A stretch of DNA of 64,000 nucleotides from assembly GCA_963844845.1 (NCBI GenBank), contig CAWJPW010000005.1, forward strand, positions 181,661 through 245,660. Direction: 5' to 3'. Under the pieces are notes generated by a model. It searched no databases. It saw only the letters and a list, made by a program, of their open reading frames with translations, and had not been told where the DNA came from. The translations under genes were made by a program, and so were the position numbers. This document shows, one piece after another, positions 62,337 through 64,000 of the stretch. This DNA is from an uncultured Acidobacteriota bacterium. GTDB taxonomy: Bacteria; Acidobacteriota; Thermoanaerobaculia; Thermoanaerobaculales; Sulfomarinibacteraceae. Each line of letters opens with the position of its first letter. Position 1 is the first letter of the stretch.

Positions 62337-63635
62337 GTGGGCTCTCCCGTGACCTCCCTACGGCCTGCGAAACCGGTGGGCTACGCCGCCCTCCTGGGCG
62401 GCAACCCCGACTTCCGCAACCTCTGGCTCGGCCAGATCGTCAGCCTGTTCGGTGACTGGTTCACGTTCGTCGCCTCAGCCACTCTGGTGGCCGAGCTCAC
62501 CGGCTCGGGCCTGGCGGTGGGTGGGCTGTTCGTTGCCCGCATGCTGCCGCCCTTCCTGGTCAGCCCGGTGGCGGGCGTCGTGGCCGACCGCGTCGACCGG
62601 CGCCGACTGCTCATCGCCACCGACCTGATCCGGGCGGTTCTCGTCCTCGGCTTCCTTCTCGTCCGTCAGCCTGCGCAGGTGTGGCTGCTCTACGCCCTCA
62701 CCGCCCTGCAGCTCGCGGCCAGCGGCTTCTTCTTCCCGGCCCGCAACGCCATCCTCCCCGCCCTGGTCCGCGACCACGAGCTCGGCACCGCCAACGCCCT
62801 GTCGGCTACGACCTGGTCGGTGATGCTCGCCTTGGGCGCGGCGGCGGGGGGGGCGGCGGCGGGCGCCTTCGGTCCCCGTCCGGCCTTCGTCATCGACTCG
62901 TTGAGCTACCTCGCATCGGCGGCCCTTCTCGCTCGCATCGGTGCGGACGTCCGGCCCGACACCGGGGGCGACCGCTCGCTCCGCGGTGCCCTGACGCAGT
63001 ATGCGGACGGGCTGCGTTACCTCGCCCGACACCGCGAGGTCCTGTTCATCGCCCTTCACAAGGCAGCCTTCGCCCTCACCATGGGCGGCGCCCTTCAGGT
63101 CATCCAGGTGACCCTCGCGCAGCGCCGCTTCGTCATCGGGGAGGGAGGTGGTACGGCCCTCGGCCTCATGTACGCCGTGGCCGGCGTGGGCACCGGCATC
63201 GGCCCACTCCTCGCCCACCGCCTGTCCCGCGACCGCGTCCCCTCGCTGCGCCGCGCCATTCTCGCGGCCTACCTCCTCACCGCTGCCGGGCTCGCGGTGA
63301 TGGCGCCGCTGGCGAGCTTTGCCCTGGTCCTCCTGGGCATCTTCGTGCGCGGTCTGGGCGGCGGCATCAACTGGGTCGCCACCACCCACCTGCTCATGCG
63401 CCTCGTGCCCGACCGCGTGCGCGGGCGGGTATTCGCCACGGAGTTCGGGCTCTTCACCCTCGCGCAGGCGACCTCCACGGCGGTCGGCGGCTGGGCTCTC
63501 GACCACGCGGGCCTCTCCCTTTCTGCGATGCTCCTGGTCCTCGTCGCCGCCCTCCTGGTGCCCGCCATCCTGTGGGCCGTTTGGCTGGCGCGACACCCCG
63601 GTTGCGCCGAGGTCGACAGCCCCGTCGCTGATTGA
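62337..63635 (+). CDS. MFS transporter (EntS/MFS_3-like)
   Basis: About 12 TM spans. FRNLWLGQIVSLFGDWF, GVVADRVDRRR and PDRVRGRVFA motifs. The start is GTG 62337 or GTG 62349. Confidence 0.85.
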   Translation: MGSPVTSLRPAKPVGYAALLGGNPDFRNLWLGQIVSLFGDWFTFVASATLVAELTGSGLAVGGLFVARMLPPFLVSPVAGVVADRVDRRRLLIATDLIRAVLVLGFLLVRQPAQVWLLYALTALQLAASGFFFPARNAILPALVRDHELGTANALSATTWSVMLALGAAAGGAAAGAFGPRPAFVIDSLSYLASAALLARIGADVRPDTGGDRSLRGALTQYADGLRYLARHREVLFIALHKAAFALTMGGALQVIQVTLAQRRFVIGEGGGTALGLMYAVAGVGTGIGPLLAHRLSRDRVPSLRRAILAAYLLTAAGLAVMAPLASFALVLLGIFVRGLGGGINWVATTHLLMRLVPDRVRGRVFATEFGLFTLAQATSTAVGGWALDHAGLSLSAMLLVLVAALLVPAILWAVWLARHPGCAEVDSPVAD

Positions 63636-63810
63636 CAGCGGTCGGGCCTGGCAACATGGATTTCCTGAGACCTCGGAGCGAGGCATGCCGAGCCCGGAGC
63701 CGACGCGGGCTCGAAGCCTACGAGCTCCGACCTCGTGATCGAGAGGCGTCTCCAAGATCGCCTGAGGAAGCGTTTCGTCGTTGCCCTGTTCTCCCTAGGC
63801 GGAGGCAGCC

Positions 63811-64000
63811 ATGATCGATCTCTACACCTGGTCCACGCCCAACGGCTACAAGGCGTCCATCGCCCTCGAGGAGATGGAGCTCGGATACCGGCCGATCCCC
63901 GTCAACATCGGCCGCGGCGAGCAGTTCACCCCCGAGTTCCTGGCCCTCAATCCCAACAACAAGGTCCCAACCATCGTCGACCATGACGGCCCGAGCGGCG
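63811..64000 (+). CDS. Glutathione S-transferase (Nu-class YfcG/YghU-like), 3' partial
   Basis: ATG at 63811 with GGAGG 5 nt upstream. MIDLYTWSTPNGYKASIALEEMELGY...GEQFTPEFLALNPNNKVPTIVD. The ORF runs off the window end. Confidence 0.8.
   Translation, partial: MIDLYTWSTPNGYKASIALEEMELGYRPIPVNIGRGEQFTPEFLALNPNNKVPTIVDHDGPSG

Noticed and set aside
62820-62850. G-rich run GCGGCGGGGGGGGCGGCGGCGGGCGCC (possible G-quadruplex or slippery tract)
   Set aside because: It lies inside the MFS gene and encodes an Ala/Gly TM segment (AAAGGAAAGA). The frame is intact and there is nothing to suggest a regulatory role.

Overview
This window is a high-GC (about 70%) bacterial chromosomal segment. It is densely coding on both strands, with roughly 50 protein genes and one RNase P RNA (rnpB, minus strand, about 45424-45818). 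I saw no rRNA, tRNA, CRISPR array, transposase or integrase. Many long ORFs in the six-frame track are GC-driven shadow frames and were not called.

Recognisable housekeeping and metabolic genes:
- egtB
- an acs / pat-like / acuB-like / acuC lysine-acetylation cluster
- ettA, recG, an LD-carboxypeptidase and a phosphohexomutase
- an S9 peptidase and an M29 aminopeptidase
- an SRAP peptidase and an AIM24-family protein
- an ExeM/NucH-type nuclease and a very large BNR-repeat exoprotein
- a family-5 ABC substrate-binding protein, an MFS transporter and a 3' partial GST

Loci most worth a second look:
1. 2337-5862 (minus). Four-gene operon: type-1 copper protein, Met-rich dihaem cytochrome c, NfeD, and a single-haem CxxCH + beta-barrel fusion. 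The architecture recalls Cyc2/Cyt572 iron-oxidation conduits.
2. 21395-23337. RiPP-like locus: radical-SAM enzyme with a truncated SPASM (twitch-like) domain, a translationally coupled 63-aa peptide carrying a WxxPxI leader motif, and a convergent PqqD/RRE gene coupled to a second small ORF.
3. 54573-55703. DUF1573 gene whose conserved SCGCT motif reads S-TGA-G-C-T, followed by a hairpin. This is either a selenocysteine candidate or a pseudogene.
4. 13765-16520. Tightly coupled module of a 2xDUF3592 membrane protein, an arrestin/Spo0M-like protein and a P-loop NTPase.
5. 51953-53098. ClpX paralogue lacking the zinc finger, the GYVG pore loop and the IGF loop.
6. 31649-35939. Glutamate-cysteine-ligase-like::M20 peptidase fusion with an aminotransferase.
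7. 57747-60161. PD-(D/E)xK nuclease fused to an XPD/DinG-like Fe-S helicase.

A recurring TAGAAT/TAGACT-type -10 box lies exactly 6-7 nt upstream of seven start codons. This suggests frequent leaderless transcription.

All functional calls come from motif and architecture recognition by eye. No database search was run.
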